The notes: generated by a model from the letters alone, not told the origin. Positions 8,755-19,475 are shown, counted from the stretch's first letter. The stretch is 64,000 bases of DNA from an uncultured Alphaproteobacteria bacterium (GCA_902630465.1 CACOVJ010000003.1:2101-66100); one strand, 5' to 3'. Program-made: numbers and translations.

Positions 8755-10992
8755 ATGTTCAAGTATGGCTCGATAAAACTTTTTTTAATAAAATTAATTT
8801 TTGGTATTATTGGCTTCTGCCTGGGTGTAGTTTATCTAATTAGCCTGTATTCATTTCATGAGTCTGATCCTGGTTTTAAAACATATACTGATATTCAATC
8901 AGAATTGGAAATTAAGAATTATTTTGGCCTATATGGAGCCTATTTAGCAAGTTTATCACGTGTAATTATTGGTAATCTTTCATATTTATTTGCATTACTT
9001 ATCCTAGTTGAAGGAACAAGAGGTATACTTGGAATTAGGACGCGATTTTTAATTCTAAGATTTTTTTCTAATCTAGTTGGAATTTTTCTTTTAGGTATTT
9101 TTTTGTATTCGTATGGACCGCAAATGAACGCATATGGTTTATTCTCTGTTATAGTTTCTGACTTAATTTTAAAATATCTATATTTTTACTTTAATAGCAA
9201 TGTATTGATATATTTATTAAATTTGATAATTTTGGTAATAGGCATTGTATTAGTTTGGCTATCATTCTCAATAAAAATTAAATTTATTAAAAATATTTTT
9301 TTTATAATTAAATTTTTAAAAATATTAAAATATTTGAAGTATTTTTTTCCAAGAACAAGTTTTATAAAAAAAGAAAAAAAAATAAGCTCTATGAAAACTA
9401 GGTCTGAGCCTACAATTAGTAAAATGAAAATTAACAGATCATTTACAAGAAAAACTTCTAAATTTGAAAATATAAAACAACTTGAGCTTGATCAATTTAA
9501 ATTTTCATTACCTAAAAATGATCATTTGTTAAAATCAAGTTATAGAACCAGTACAACTAAAGAAATAAACAAGATTAATATAGAGTCTGCTGAAAAATTA
9601 GAACAAACACTTTCTGAGTATGGTGTTGAAGGAAAAGTTATTGGTTTTAGGAGCGGTCCTATTGTTACACTTTTTGAGTTTATTCCGAATGCTGGAATTA
9701 AATCTAGTAAAGTAATTGGGTTATCTGATGATATTGCAAGAGCTATGTCATCTATTTCAGCTAGAATTTCTTCACAACCAGGCAAAACCAGTCTAGGCAT
9801 TGAAATACCAAACAAAAAAAGAGAAAGTGTATTATTTGGTGATCTAATAGAAGATATAAAATTCAGAGATGATGAAGATGCATTAACATTAGCGCTTGGT
9901 AAAGATATCTCAGGAGAAAAAATATTTGCTGATTTAGAAAAAATGCCTCATTTGTTAATTGCTGGAACAACTGGATCTGGAAAATCTGTAGGTATTAATA
10001 CAATGATCTTAAGCTTGCTTTATAAATTTAAACCAAATGAATGTAAGCTAATTTTAATTGATCCTAAAATGTTAGAATTAAGTATTTATGAGGATATTCC
10101 TCATTTATTAACTCCTGTAGTTACTGATCCAAAGAAAGCAGTTTTCGCTCTGAAGTGGGTAGTTAGAGAGATGGAAAATAGATACAAATTAATGAGTTCT
10201 ATTAACGTAAAGAATATTAAATCATACAATGAAAAAGTTATAAAAACCATTTCGAGTGGAAGGAAATTGTTTAAAGAAGTTCAAACAGGAATTGATCCGG
10301 ATACAAGAATGCCAATAATAGAAAAGATGGAAATTAAGCTTGAAAAAATGCCTTATATTGTTGTTGTTATTGATGAAATGGCCGACCTGATGATGGTTGC
10401 AGGTAAAGAAGTAGAGGCGCTTGTACAGCGGCTTGCTCAAATGGCTCGAGCATCAGGTATTCATCTAATTACAGCCACTCAAAGACCTAGTGTAGATGTA
10501 ATTACTGGAACTATTAAAGCAAATTTTCCAAGCCGTATTAGCTATAAAGTTGCAAGTAAATTTGACAGCCGTACTATTTTGAACGAAATGGGGGCCGAGC
10601 AATTATTAGGAAGTGGAGATATGTTGCTTTTAGAAAATGGGGCAAATATTAAAAGACTTCATGGTGGTTATGTTTCAGAAAATGAGGTTGAAAATGTTGT
10701 TAGTTACATTAAGAACCAGGCTACATTTGATTATAAAAAAGAAATTTCTTTAGAAAATATTGATAATGTTTCAAATAATTCAAATGATTTGATTTCTGAT
10801 AATAATGATGAATTGTATAGTAAAGCGGTTGAGATTATAATCAAACAACAAAAAGTTTCTACTAGTTACGTTCAAAGATATTTACAAATTGGGTATAATA
10901 GAGCAGCAAGAATAATTGAAAAAATGGAAGAAGATGGAATTATTTCTGAAGCAAACAATGCAGGTAAAAGACATGTTCTCAAAAAAGAGTAA
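8755..10992 (+). CDS. ftsK: DNA translocase FtsK
   Basis: N-terminal TM helices, a low-complexity linker, the motor domain (GTTGSGKSVGIN, VVVIDEMADLM, ATQRPS) and a gamma winged helix at the C-terminus. Confidence 0.95.
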   Translation: MFKYGSIKLFLIKLIFGIIGFCLGVVYLISLYSFHESDPGFKTYTDIQSELEIKNYFGLYGAYLASLSRVIIGNLSYLFALLILVEGTRGILGIRTRFLILRFFSNLVGIFLLGIFLYSYGPQMNAYGLFSVIVSDLILKYLYFYFNSNVLIYLLNLIILVIGIVLVWLSFSIKIKFIKNIFFIIKFLKILKYLKYFFPRTSFIKKEKKISSMKTRSEPTISKMKINRSFTRKTSKFENIKQLELDQFKFSLPKNDHLLKSSYRTSTTKEINKINIESAEKLEQTLSEYGVEGKVIGFRSGPIVTLFEFIPNAGIKSSKVIGLSDDIARAMSSISARISSQPGKTSLGIEIPNKKRESVLFGDLIEDIKFRDDEDALTLALGKDISGEKIFADLEKMPHLLIAGTTGSGKSVGINTMILSLLYKFKPNECKLILIDPKMLELSIYEDIPHLLTPVVTDPKKAVFALKWVVREMENRYKLMSSINVKNIKSYNEKVIKTISSGRKLFKEVQTGIDPDTRMPIIEKMEIKLEKMPYIVVVIDEMADLMMVAGKEVEALVQRLAQMARASGIHLITATQRPSVDVITGTIKANFPSRISYKVASKFDSRTILNEMGAEQLLGSGDMLLLENGANIKRLHGGYVSENEVENVVSYIKNQATFDYKKEISLENIDNVSNNSNDLISDNNDELYSKAVEIIIKQQKVSTSYVQRYLQIGYNRAARIIEKMEEDGIISEANNAGKRHVLKKE

Positions 10993-11560
10993 AATATATT
11001 ATTTAGTTTTTTTTTTAATTAGTTTTCAAAGTAAAATTTTTGCAGATGAAAATATAACAAACAAAACAATTTCATATATTCAAAATATTAAATTTTTTTC
11101 AGCATCTTTTATTCAAGATGATGGAGAAACAATCGCTGAAGGAAATATATATATTGGAGCCGATAGAATAAGGGTGGAATATTTTTCGCCAACTAAAATT
11201 TTGATAGTATTAGATGAAGATAAGGCAATGTATTACAACTATGATCTTGATGAAGATGAATTTTTTAATCCACGTAATACATCTGCTTGGTTTTTCTTTG
11301 ATATATTCAATAATCCAATGTTTTTAAATGATTCCTTTATAGAAACTAATGATAATAACATAGCTTTAAAAAAATATGGTGAAAATGAATTTGGGGAATA
11401 TGAGATTAATATTTTATTTGAAAACAATCCTCTACTCATAAGAAAAATTGAATTAGTGTTAGAGGATACTTATTTGATTTTGTCAATATTTAATCATAGG
11501 TCTGACAGAGTCTTTGATAAAAACTTTTTCAAACTTATTAACCCAAGTTTTTTTGATTAA
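10973..11560 (+). CDS. lolA: LolA-like outer-membrane lipoprotein carrier protein
   Basis: Signal peptide MFSKKSKIYYLVFFLISFQSKIFA. FSASFIQ motif. Conserved position after ftsK. I place the start at the internal Met (27246-type correction: track ORF begins at 10916). Confidence 0.6.
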   Translation: MFSKKSKIYYLVFFLISFQSKIFADENITNKTISYIQNIKFFSASFIQDDGETIAEGNIYIGADRIRVEYFSPTKILIVLDEDKAMYYNYDLDEDEFFNPRNTSAWFFFDIFNNPMFLNDSFIETNDNNIALKKYGENEFGEYEINILFENNPLLIRKIELVLEDTYLILSIFNHRSDRVFDKNFFKLINPSFFD

Positions 11561-12153
11561 ACTATTATTATATCGTTGTTTTTAGATTTTATAACAGTGC
11601 TTGTTTCAATTTTGATAAATTTTTTTCGTATTCGTGTTAAGTGACTTTCAATTGATTTTGTTTCAACAGAGTCATTAACTTTCAATATGTATTTTTTTAT
11701 ATATTCTTTGCTACATGTTTTATTGTTCATTAAATAAATTAAAATTTGGAGTTCTATATCGGTAAGCAAGCAACTCTTATTGTTTAGAGAGTTCACAACT
11801 TTTTCATTAAAAATAAAAATGTCTTTATGTAATATTTTTTTATTTGAAAAAAATTTCTGTGTATATTCTCTAATTTGGTTTGGTGACGAAAGTTTATTAA
11901 TTATAGTAATGTTGTCTTTAAATTTATTATTTTGTTTTTTATAATTAGTAAATATTAAAAAGTTTCCTGAAAGGTATTTAAATATATTTAAATCATCGCT
12001 TGGGCTATTATAAAATATTATTCCACTTTTATTAGAATCGTCACCTTTGAACAAATCATCAATTTGTTTGAAAATTAATTTATACTTATTAAAAATTTGT
12101 TTAAAAAAAGAGTAATTATTAAAATTAGAGTAAATTGTTAAATCGTTTTTCAA
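11557..12153 (-). CDS. OmpR/PhoB-type winged-helix protein with a degenerate receiver-like N-terminus
   Basis: The C-terminus LLTDIELQILIYLMNN...SKEYI...ETKSIESHLTRIRKKF follows the trans_reg_C pattern (LTxxExxLL...RTVDVHIxRLRKK). The N-terminal ~100 aa have alternating beta/alpha-like segments but no acidic pocket. 4-nt overlap with yggS. Confidence 0.55.
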   Translation of the reverse strand: MKNDLTIYSNFNNYSFFKQIFNKYKLIFKQIDDLFKGDDSNKSGIIFYNSPSDDLNIFKYLSGNFLIFTNYKKQNNKFKDNITIINKLSSPNQIREYTQKFFSNKKILHKDIFIFNEKVVNSLNNKSCLLTDIELQILIYLMNNKTCSKEYIKKYILKVNDSVETKSIESHLTRIRKKFIKIETSTVIKSKNNDIIIV

Positions 12154-12788
12154 TTTCTTCTTCCAAAAAGTATTGTACCCAATCTAATGTAAGTAGGTTT
12201 GTATTGAATAGCGTCCAAATAGTCATTACTCATGCCAATACTAAGTTCTGCAAGCTTATTGTTTTCATTTAATGACTTTAAAAGCTTAAAATGTATTTTT
12301 GGATCTTCGTCAATTGGAGGAATACACATTAATCCAACAATTTTTAATTTTAAGTCATTTACACAAAATTTTACGAACTCATTTATATTTTCAGGATGGA
12401 TACCACTTTTGTTACTTTCTTTTCCTGTATTAACCTGGATAAAAATTTTTTTATTTTGTAGCTTTTCATTATTTTTAAAAAACTCTAATGCTATTTTTTC
12501 TCTATCAAGTGTGTGAAAGACATCAAAAATAGAAATTGCCTCTTTAACCTTGTTTGATTGTAGGGGGCCTGTAAGATGAAGTTCTAGATTTTTGTGCTGT
12601 TCTTTTAGTTGTAAAAATTTATTTTTTGCTTCTAAAACCCTGTTTTCACCAAAAATATAAACGCCGGACTTTATTGCTTGTATTACGCTATCTTTTGGGT
12701 GGTTTTTAGAAATTGCAATTATTTGGGATAAAACCGACTTTTTTTTTAAATATTGCTTAATTTCCTTGTATTTTTCTATATCAAACAT
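12150..12788 (-). CDS. yggS: YggS-family pyridoxal-phosphate homeostasis protein
   Basis: AISKNHP...FGENRVLEA and the overall 212-aa alanine-racemase-N-like layout. Confidence 0.85.
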   Translation of the reverse strand: MFDIEKYKEIKQYLKKKSVLSQIIAISKNHPKDSVIQAIKSGVYIFGENRVLEAKNKFLQLKEQHKNLELHLTGPLQSNKVKEAISIFDVFHTLDREKIALEFFKNNEKLQNKKIFIQVNTGKESNKSGIHPENINEFVKFCVNDLKLKIVGLMCIPPIDEDPKIHFKLLKSLNENNKLAELSIGMSNDYLDAIQYKPTYIRLGTILFGRRN

Positions 12789-12905
12789 TTTTTTTGTTGT
12801 AAATAAACAACACTCATAAAAATAATTACTAGTTTTTTATGCTTTTTTTGAAATTTAATCAATTTTTTAATAATAAACCCTCAATGTAAATTTAGTTTTT
12901 TACAT

Positions 12906-12923
12906 TTAATGAATATTCATTAA
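12906..12923. promoter_or_regulatory. perfect 18-bp palindrome TTAATGAATATTCATTAA, 5 nt upstream of the AAGGAG ribosome-binding site of the porin-like gene (possible operator, Fur-box-like half sites)
   Basis: Checked base by base. The half sites TAATGA/TCATTA are as in the Fur consensus GATAATGATAATCATTATC, but the spacing is one nt longer. An adjacent 8-bp inverted repeat AATGTAAA/TTTACATT lies at 12883-12890/12899-12906. Confidence 0.3.
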
Positions 12924-12939
12924 CTCAAAAGGAGTAATT

Positions 12940-13998
12940 ATGAAAAAAGAACTATTAATTGGAACTGCTTTAGTTTCAACGCTTGGTGCTGCTTCAATTG
13001 CTGAAGCTGTTACACACACTATTAGTGGTAACCACCAAACTGGTGTTAGATTTAATGATCCAACAGCTGGTGACGATAGTAGAGCTCAAGTAAACGATAA
13101 CAACTTCTCAGTTTCTTTATCAGAAACTACAGATGGTGGTATGACAATTTCTTCAAGCTTTTCAATCGTAAACGAATCAACTGCAAGCAGCAGCGTAGGT
13201 GCGGCTGACATGGATGCTGGTTTCTCATTAGCATTTACTGATGGATCAAAACTTGATGTATTAAACGCGGGTAACGCGTCTGGTAGTCACGACATTTCAG
13301 TTCCTGGCTCTGCTGGTGCAGAAAGTGTAACTATTACTACTGGTAACAATGCTCCAACAGGACTTGATTTCGCAACTGGTGCAACTGTATTTGGTGTTGA
13401 ATACCATACTGCAGCTGACTTCTTAGCAGATGGTCTATCAATGTCTTTCTCAGCTTCAACTGATGATGGAACAACTAGTGGTGACACATACGCTATGGAT
13501 CAACATGTAGCAATTGGTGCAACTTATGTTACTGATTTAGGTGACACTGCATTAACAATTGGTGCTGGTATTTCACAAACTGAGGGTTCTAAGAACTCAA
13601 CTGGTATGACCAACGATGAAGGTGGAATACACGTAGGTGTAAGTGCTGTAACTGGTGACTTAACTGTTGCTGTTGGTTTTGCTGATGGTGATGACATTGT
13701 ACAAACAAACACAGTACAAGTTGACGGTGAAGTTGTAAAAGCTGGTGTAAAATATGTAACTGGTGACCTAACATTTAATGTGGGTATTACTTCAGGTTCA
13801 GCAAAAGACAGTGCAACTATTGGTACTGCAGGTACAACTGAAGACTCTTATGACAAAACTTCTGCAAGTGTGTCATACGCAGTTGCTTCTGGTGTAACAG
13901 CAATCCTTGGTTACTCAGATGTTGACTCTTCTAACGAAGGTATAAATGATAATACTGATGGATCTTCATGGTACATTGGTGCTAACATGGCATTTTAA
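12940..13998 (+). CDS. acidic porin-like outer-membrane beta-barrel protein
   Basis: Signal peptide MKKELLIGTALVSTLGAASIAEA. Alternating hydrophobic/polar strands. C-terminal WYIGANMAF with terminal Phe. Strong SD and a strong terminator. Rich in G/T/S/A/D, with only ~8 Lys and 2 Arg. Confidence 0.65.
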   Translation: MKKELLIGTALVSTLGAASIAEAVTHTISGNHQTGVRFNDPTAGDDSRAQVNDNNFSVSLSETTDGGMTISSSFSIVNESTASSSVGAADMDAGFSLAFTDGSKLDVLNAGNASGSHDISVPGSAGAESVTITTGNNAPTGLDFATGATVFGVEYHTAADFLADGLSMSFSASTDDGTTSGDTYAMDQHVAIGATYVTDLGDTALTIGAGISQTEGSKNSTGMTNDEGGIHVGVSAVTGDLTVAVGFADGDDIVQTNTVQVDGEVVKAGVKYVTGDLTFNVGITSGSAKDSATIGTAGTTEDSYDKTSASVSYAVASGVTAILGYSDVDSSNEGINDNTDGSSWYIGANMAF

Positions 13999-14020
13999 TT
14001 AGATAATTTTTTATCTTATA

Positions 14021-14050
14021 ACGGCACTATTTATATAGTGCCGTTTTTTT
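14021..14050 (+). terminator. rho-independent terminator of the porin-like gene
   Basis: Perfect 10-bp stem ACGGCACTAT/ATAGTGCCGT (14021-14030/14035-14044), loop TTAT, followed by a T7 run. Confidence 0.85.
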
Positions 14051-14090
14051 ATGTTTTACATTATGACCACAATACAATAATTGGTTATCA

Positions 14091-14699
14091 ATGTTTTTAT
14101 TAAAATTAATATTAGCTCTACTATCAATATTATTTATTAGCTCATGTAACAGTGGAAAAACTGATGAGGAGATGGCAGAATTATGGAGTAAAGCGCAAAC
14201 AACTGGAAAGATAATTGAAAGATCTGGCACAAAATTCAACTCAGGGGTTAATAAACAATTGGCTCTTCGGGATGCTGAAACAAGATTACAAACAGGTGGT
14301 GGTTTATTAGGAAAAGGTGGGTTGAGCGTTGGTGGCCTACTAAATAGAGATGAAAAATCAAGCAGTAGTGTGGGAACATTTGGAATGCCTATAAATGTAT
14401 ATTTGTGGAGAGGCGCCTTAGAAACAATTAACTTTATGCCATTAAATTCAGCAGATCCTATTGGTGGGACGATATTAACAGACTGGTATTCGTCTGCAGA
14501 TAATGAAAATGAAAGGTGTAAGCTTAATATTTTTATAAGTGGTGCAGAATTAAAAACGCAAAACCTCAAAGTAACTTCATTTTGCCAAGAATTTAAAAAT
14601 CAAAAGTGGATTAGTAAAGAAGTAGATATTAGCAACAATATTAAAATAGAAGATGCAATTCTAAATAAAGCTAAAAAATTAAAACTACAATCTAGTTAA
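14091..14699 (+). CDS. conserved lipoprotein (possibly DUF3576 family)
   Basis: Lipobox LFISSC. The [29 protein letters not shown] segment resembles alphaproteobacterial DUF3576 proteins as I recall them. The opposite-strand ORF 14027..14569 has no such features. Confidence 0.65.
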   Translation: MFLLKLILALLSILFISSCNSGKTDEEMAELWSKAQTTGKIIERSGTKFNSGVNKQLALRDAETRLQTGGGLLGKGGLSVGGLLNRDEKSSSSVGTFGMPINVYLWRGALETINFMPLNSADPIGGTILTDWYSSADNENERCKLNIFISGAELKTQNLKVTSFCQEFKNQKWISKEVDISNNIKIEDAILNKAKKLKLQSS

Positions 14700-14701
14700 A
14701 A

Positions 14702-17218
14702 GTGTCATCAAGATACAACCACAAAATAGTAGAAAAAAAATGGCAAGAAGCTTGGGAAGCCAATGGTGTTTTTTTAACAAAGAAAGACCCTGATAAGAAA
14801 AAATATTATGTTTTAGAAATGTTTCCTTACCCATCAGGAAAAATACATATGGGACATGTAAGAAATTATACTTTAGGGGATGTTGTAGCCAGATACAAAA
14901 AAATGAAAGGCTTTAATGTATTACACCCAATGGGATGGGATGCTTTCGGATTACCTGCTGAAAATGCGGCAATGAATGAAAAAAAAGCTCCTGGCGAATG
15001 GACTTATAAAAACATTAGCACAATGAAACAACAGCTTTTGCAAATGGGCTTATCGTTAGACTGGGATAAAGAAATAGCAACATGCCATCCGGATTATTAT
15101 AAACACGAACAAAAGTTTTTTATAGATATGTTTAATGCTGGATTAGCATATAAAAAAGAGGCTGAGGTTAATTGGGACCCTGTTGACAAAACAGTGTTAG
15201 CAAATGAACAAGTGATTGATGGAAAAGGTTGGAGGTCTGGTGCCGAAGTTGAAAAAAAGAAATTATCGCAGTGGTTTCTTAAAATAAGCAAATACTCAGA
15301 AGAATTACTTGATGATTTAGTTAAGTTAGATGATTGGCCAAATAAAGTTAAAGTTATGCAATCAAATTGGATTGGTAAAAGCGTTGGGGCAGAGATAGGT
15401 TTTGAATTATCAGAGTATAATAAAAAAATAAAAGTTTTTACAACTAGACCAGACACTATTTATGGTGCAACGTTTTTAGCTTTATCCCCAGAGCACGAAA
15501 TATCACTTGATATATCTAAAAATAATAAATCTTTGCAAGATTTTATTACGGATTGTAAAAAAGAGGATTCTGATAGAATAAAAAAAGGCTTTGACACTGG
15601 TTTAAGCGTTAAACATCCTCTGATAGATGGAAAAAAGATACCAGTTTTTATTGGGAACTTTGTTTTAACCGAATATGGACTTGGAGCAATTTTTGGATGT
15701 CCAGCTCATGATCAAAGAGATTTAGATTTTGCAAGACAATACGACCTCGATGTTATTCCTGTTGTTAAACCAGTTGACTTTGAAGGAGAGGAATATGTTG
15801 TTCAAAATACTGCATTTGTTGAAGATGGGGTTGTGATAAACTCAAAAGAAATAAATGGATTAACAACAAAGCAGGCTAAAGAAAAAATGATTGAGTTGTT
15901 AATAGAAAAAAAAATTGGAGTTAAAAAAACTAATTATAAGCTAAGAGATTGGGGAATATCTAGACAAAGATTTTGGGGATGCCCAATACCCATCATTTAC
16001 AGAGATGATGGAAAAATTATGACAGTTAAAGAAGAAGAGTTGCCTGTAAAACTTCCAGATGTAAAAAATTTTAATAAAAATAAAAGTTCGTTGAATAATT
16101 TTGATGATTGGAAAAAAACCACATGTAGCAAGACTGGTATGGGGGCTATAAGAGAAACTGATACTTTTGATACATTTTTTGAATCCTCTTGGTATTATTT
16201 TAGATATTGTAATGCAAGACTAGATAAAGCTTTTGAGAAAAAGGATATCGACTATTGGCTACCTGTTGACCAGTATATAGGTGGAATAGAGCATGCTATT
16301 TTACATTTATTATACTCAAGATTTTTTACAAAGGCTTTAAGAGATCTTGGTTATTTTAAACTTAATGAGCCATTTAAAGGATTGTTTACTCAAGGAATGG
16401 TCACCCATCAAACCTACAAAAATAATAAGGGGGACTGGCTCGAACCATCTGAAGTTCAGAAAGTTAACGATATATTAGTAGACAAAAATAATAATGCTAT
16501 CACAGTAGGCAAAATCGAAAAAATGAGTAAATCAAAAAAGAACGTTGTTGATCCTAATGATATAATTCATCTTTATGGTGCTGACACCGCTCGATGGTTT
16601 ATGTTATCTGATAGTCCTCCTGAAAGAGACTTACAATGGACTGATACGGGCATTTCTTCATCATACAAATTTATTCAAAAATTGTGGGATTTTCTCAAAA
16701 AGTATAAAGATTACAATATTGGCTTAGAATATAAAGATGAGGAATTAGATGAATTTAAAGCTCTAATAAATGATGTTGCTGATAATATTGAAAACTTTCA
16801 ATTTAATAAGTCGGTTGCAAAAATATATGAGTTTGTTAATTTGCTTAATAATAATATCTCTAAAAACAAAATAAGTAAAATAGCTTTTAGATGGTGCTTG
16901 GACAAACTCTCTTTAGTATTACAACCTTTCTTACCACATATTAGTGAAGAAATATGGGATCATTTAGGAAACAAAGGCTTGTGCATAGATCAAAGTTGGC
17001 CTGAAGAGAAGATAATAAAAAAACAAACAAAATCAAAAATTGCAGTTCAAATCAATGGAAAGACAAGGAATGTAGTAGTTGTGGGAGACAGCCTGGAAAA
17101 AGAAGAGGTTTTAAAACTCGTTAAAGAAAATGAAAAAATTCAAAAATATTTAAAAGATAAAGAAGTTATTAAAGAAATATATGTTAAAAAGAAAATAGTA
17201 AATTTTGTTATAAAATGA
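14702..17218 (+). CDS. leuS: leucyl-tRNA synthetase
   Basis: HMGH (HIGH-type) and KMSKS motifs. 838 aa. GTG start. Confidence 0.97.
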   Translation: MSSRYNHKIVEKKWQEAWEANGVFLTKKDPDKKKYYVLEMFPYPSGKIHMGHVRNYTLGDVVARYKKMKGFNVLHPMGWDAFGLPAENAAMNEKKAPGEWTYKNISTMKQQLLQMGLSLDWDKEIATCHPDYYKHEQKFFIDMFNAGLAYKKEAEVNWDPVDKTVLANEQVIDGKGWRSGAEVEKKKLSQWFLKISKYSEELLDDLVKLDDWPNKVKVMQSNWIGKSVGAEIGFELSEYNKKIKVFTTRPDTIYGATFLALSPEHEISLDISKNNKSLQDFITDCKKEDSDRIKKGFDTGLSVKHPLIDGKKIPVFIGNFVLTEYGLGAIFGCPAHDQRDLDFARQYDLDVIPVVKPVDFEGEEYVVQNTAFVEDGVVINSKEINGLTTKQAKEKMIELLIEKKIGVKKTNYKLRDWGISRQRFWGCPIPIIYRDDGKIMTVKEEELPVKLPDVKNFNKNKSSLNNFDDWKKTTCSKTGMGAIRETDTFDTFFESSWYYFRYCNARLDKAFEKKDIDYWLPVDQYIGGIEHAILHLLYSRFFTKALRDLGYFKLNEPFKGLFTQGMVTHQTYKNNKGDWLEPSEVQKVNDILVDKNNNAITVGKIEKMSKSKKNVVDPNDIIHLYGADTARWFMLSDSPPERDLQWTDTGISSSYKFIQKLWDFLKKYKDYNIGLEYKDEELDEFKALINDVADNIENFQFNKSVAKIYEFVNLLNNNISKNKISKIAFRWCLDKLSLVLQPFLPHISEEIWDHLGNKGLCIDQSWPEEKIIKKQTKSKIAVQINGKTRNVVVVGDSLEKEEVLKLVKENEKIQKYLKDKEVIKEIYVKKKIVNFVIK

Positions 17219-17718
17219 GAATAAATATTATTTTTTTTTTAAGTTTGTTTGTTTTTATATTTTCATGCTCAGAAATACGCTTCATTTACAATGAAGAAAG
17301 TAATTTAAAAAATCCACTCTATAAAAAAACAAAAATTTCCTACTCTGGTCCAGAAATACCTTCTTTTTATAAAACGGTTTCTTCATATATTGGGGAAATT
17401 AATGATAGTAAATATAATCTATCCATAGAGATAGAAGAAGAAAAATTAAAAAAATCAGTAAAAACTAATCAAGCTATTTCAAAAATAGACTACGAACTTG
17501 TTTTCAAATATTATTTATATGAAAATAGCAAAAATTGTCTGGTTATAGAAAAAACCTTATTATCTAGATTTTCATATACTCCAAAATCTTCTGGATATAA
17601 TTTTGGTTCTGATAAATCTTTAGAAAGATTATATGAATTAGCAGTTAAATCTAACATACAAAATTTTATAGATTTAGTTACTATTGATGATATTTCCAAG
17701 TGCTTAGATGAGAGCTAA
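17215..17718 (+). CDS. lptE: LPS-assembly lipoprotein LptE (RlpB)
   Basis: Lipobox FIFSC. ~165 aa. Conserved leuS-lptE-holA synteny, with 4-nt overlap with leuS. Confidence 0.65.
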   Translation: MRINIIFFLSLFVFIFSCSEIRFIYNEESNLKNPLYKKTKISYSGPEIPSFYKTVSSYIGEINDSKYNLSIEIEEEKLKKSVKTNQAISKIDYELVFKYYLYENSKNCLVIEKTLLSRFSYTPKSSGYNFGSDKSLERLYELAVKSNIQNFIDLVTIDDISKCLDES

Positions 17719-18646
17719 TCCGGTAGATATAATTTTAAACAAAGGTTTTAAAATAGATAAAAAGTTTTTCTTAATATCAGGAAATGAAAACACTCTTATG
17801 CAAAGAATTAGAGAGGTATTAACAAAACTTATAAAAGTTGATGACGAATATAATGTTGAAAAAATTAAAAATATTTCTTCGAAAAAGAATGGCATTAGTT
17901 TGTTTGGTGCAAAAAACCTATACTTAGTTAGTGATGTTTCTGGGTTAAATAATGATATTATAAGCGCAGCTGAAAAAGAGGATGGTGTTTTTATTTTTTT
18001 TTCAGAAAATTCTCCTAAAATTAAATTAATTAAAAATATATTTATAAAGAGAACTGATTGTTTATTAATAGACTGTTATGAATTAACAAGGGATCAAAAG
18101 TCAAAAATAATTTCTAGTTACTTAGTAGACACCAATATTAAGCTTGATGAGGGTTTGTTTTGGGAGCTTGTAGATATGCTTGATAACAAATATATGGTAT
18201 TAGAAAATGAGTTAATTAAATTAAAAGAGTTAGATCCAGAAAAAATAAATGGTCGCAATCTTCAATTATTACTCTCCAGAAACAGTATTCATATAGAAAA
18301 ATTGTTTTTTCAAATATTGAATGACAACAGCTCTTTAATACAAAGCTATAATAAGATAATTACAAATGATACTGATGTTAATAGCCTGTACTATTTAATA
18401 AAACAATATGCTTTTATGATTATTGATAATGATAATCAAAGCGATTTTGAAAAAAGAATACCTAGTTATTTATTTAGAGAAAAAAATTTTTTAATTAGCC
18501 TCTATAATAAATATAATAATAGCAAAAAAAAATTATTGTTAAATTTACTAATTAAAACTGAAAAATCAATGCGAACATACGGGGGTTTAACTTCTTTAAT
18601 TGGGCTACGTTTCTTGCTTAACTTTAGGAAAATTACTATTTCTTAA
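17708..18646 (+). CDS. holA: DNA polymerase III delta subunit
   Basis: Size (312 aa) and the conserved position after lptE. Weak N-terminal similarity (FLISGNE..L). Confidence 0.7.
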   Translation: MRANPVDIILNKGFKIDKKFFLISGNENTLMQRIREVLTKLIKVDDEYNVEKIKNISSKKNGISLFGAKNLYLVSDVSGLNNDIISAAEKEDGVFIFFSENSPKIKLIKNIFIKRTDCLLIDCYELTRDQKSKIISSYLVDTNIKLDEGLFWELVDMLDNKYMVLENELIKLKELDPEKINGRNLQLLLSRNSIHIEKLFFQILNDNSSLIQSYNKIITNDTDVNSLYYLIKQYAFMIIDNDNQSDFEKRIPSYLFREKNFLISLYNKYNNSKKKLLLNLLIKTEKSMRTYGGLTSLIGLRFLLNFRKITIS

Positions 18647-19475
18647 GTCTACGCATTATGTCATCTAACTGATTGAGATCAGAGTAATAAAGAGTAAGAG
18701 ATCCAGAAGAGCCGCTTTCATTAAATTGTATTGATGTTTTGAGTCCAATTTTATCAGAAAGTTCCTTCTCTAAATCAAGAATATTTGGATCTTTAGAAGG
18801 GGGTTGTTTTTTGTTCTTTTTGAACCTAGAAGTTATTTTCTCAACCTGTCTAACACTAAGATTTTTTTCTATAATTTCTTTTGCCTTTTCGTAAGCGTTA
18901 GGGACTCCAATTAAAGCTCTAGCATGACCCATGCTTAGATCACCATTTATAACCATTTCCTGTATTTCATTTTCCAAATCTAAAAGTCTTAGAGTGTTAG
19001 AGATATGACTTGAGCTTTTACCTAATTTTTTTGCTAAGTTTTCGTTTGTAATATTTTTTAGCTTAATTAGATTTTTGTAAGCGTTTGCTTCCTCTATAAC
19101 GTTTAAATCTTCTCTTTGAATATTTTCTATTAATGCTGCTTCAAGTAGCTCTGATTCTTTTATATCTTTAACTACACAATCAACCTCATGTAAACCAGCT
19201 AATTGAGATGCTCTCCACCTTCTTTCACCAGCAATAATTTCGTATTGATCGTTATTTATAAGCCTTACAATTAAAGGTTGAATAAGCCCTTGGTTTTTGA
19301 TTGAGGTCGCCAGATTGTGTAAATCGTTTTCTTTAAATTTTTTTCTTGGTTGGTTAGTATTTGGTTGAATTTGAGAAATATTAATTTTTTGAACACCTTT
19401 TATGTCAATTTGTTTTTCATTTGAAGATGAAAGCAGGGCGCCTAATCCCATGCCAAGTTTATTATCTTTATTCAT
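18636..19475 (-). CDS. parB: chromosome partitioning protein ParB
   Basis: ParB box IQPLIVR...YEIIAGERRWRA, followed by an HTH. Confidence 0.95.
   Translation of the reverse strand: MNKDNKLGMGLGALLSSSNEKQIDIKGVQKINISQIQPNTNQPRKKFKENDLHNLATSIKNQGLIQPLIVRLINNDQYEIIAGERRWRASQLAGLHEVDCVVKDIKESELLEAALIENIQREDLNVIEEANAYKNLIKLKNITNENLAKKLGKSSSHISNTLRLLDLENEIQEMVINGDLSMGHARALIGVPNAYEKAKEIIEKNLSVRQVEKITSRFKKNKKQPPSKDPNILDLEKELSDKIGLKTSIQFNESGSSGSLTLYYSDLNQLDDIMRRLKK

Noticed and set aside
10916-10972. Upstream extension of the LolA-like ORF overlapping ftsK by 77 nt.
   Set aside because: The internal Met at 10973 gives a canonical signal peptide. The extension encodes no recognisable sequence.
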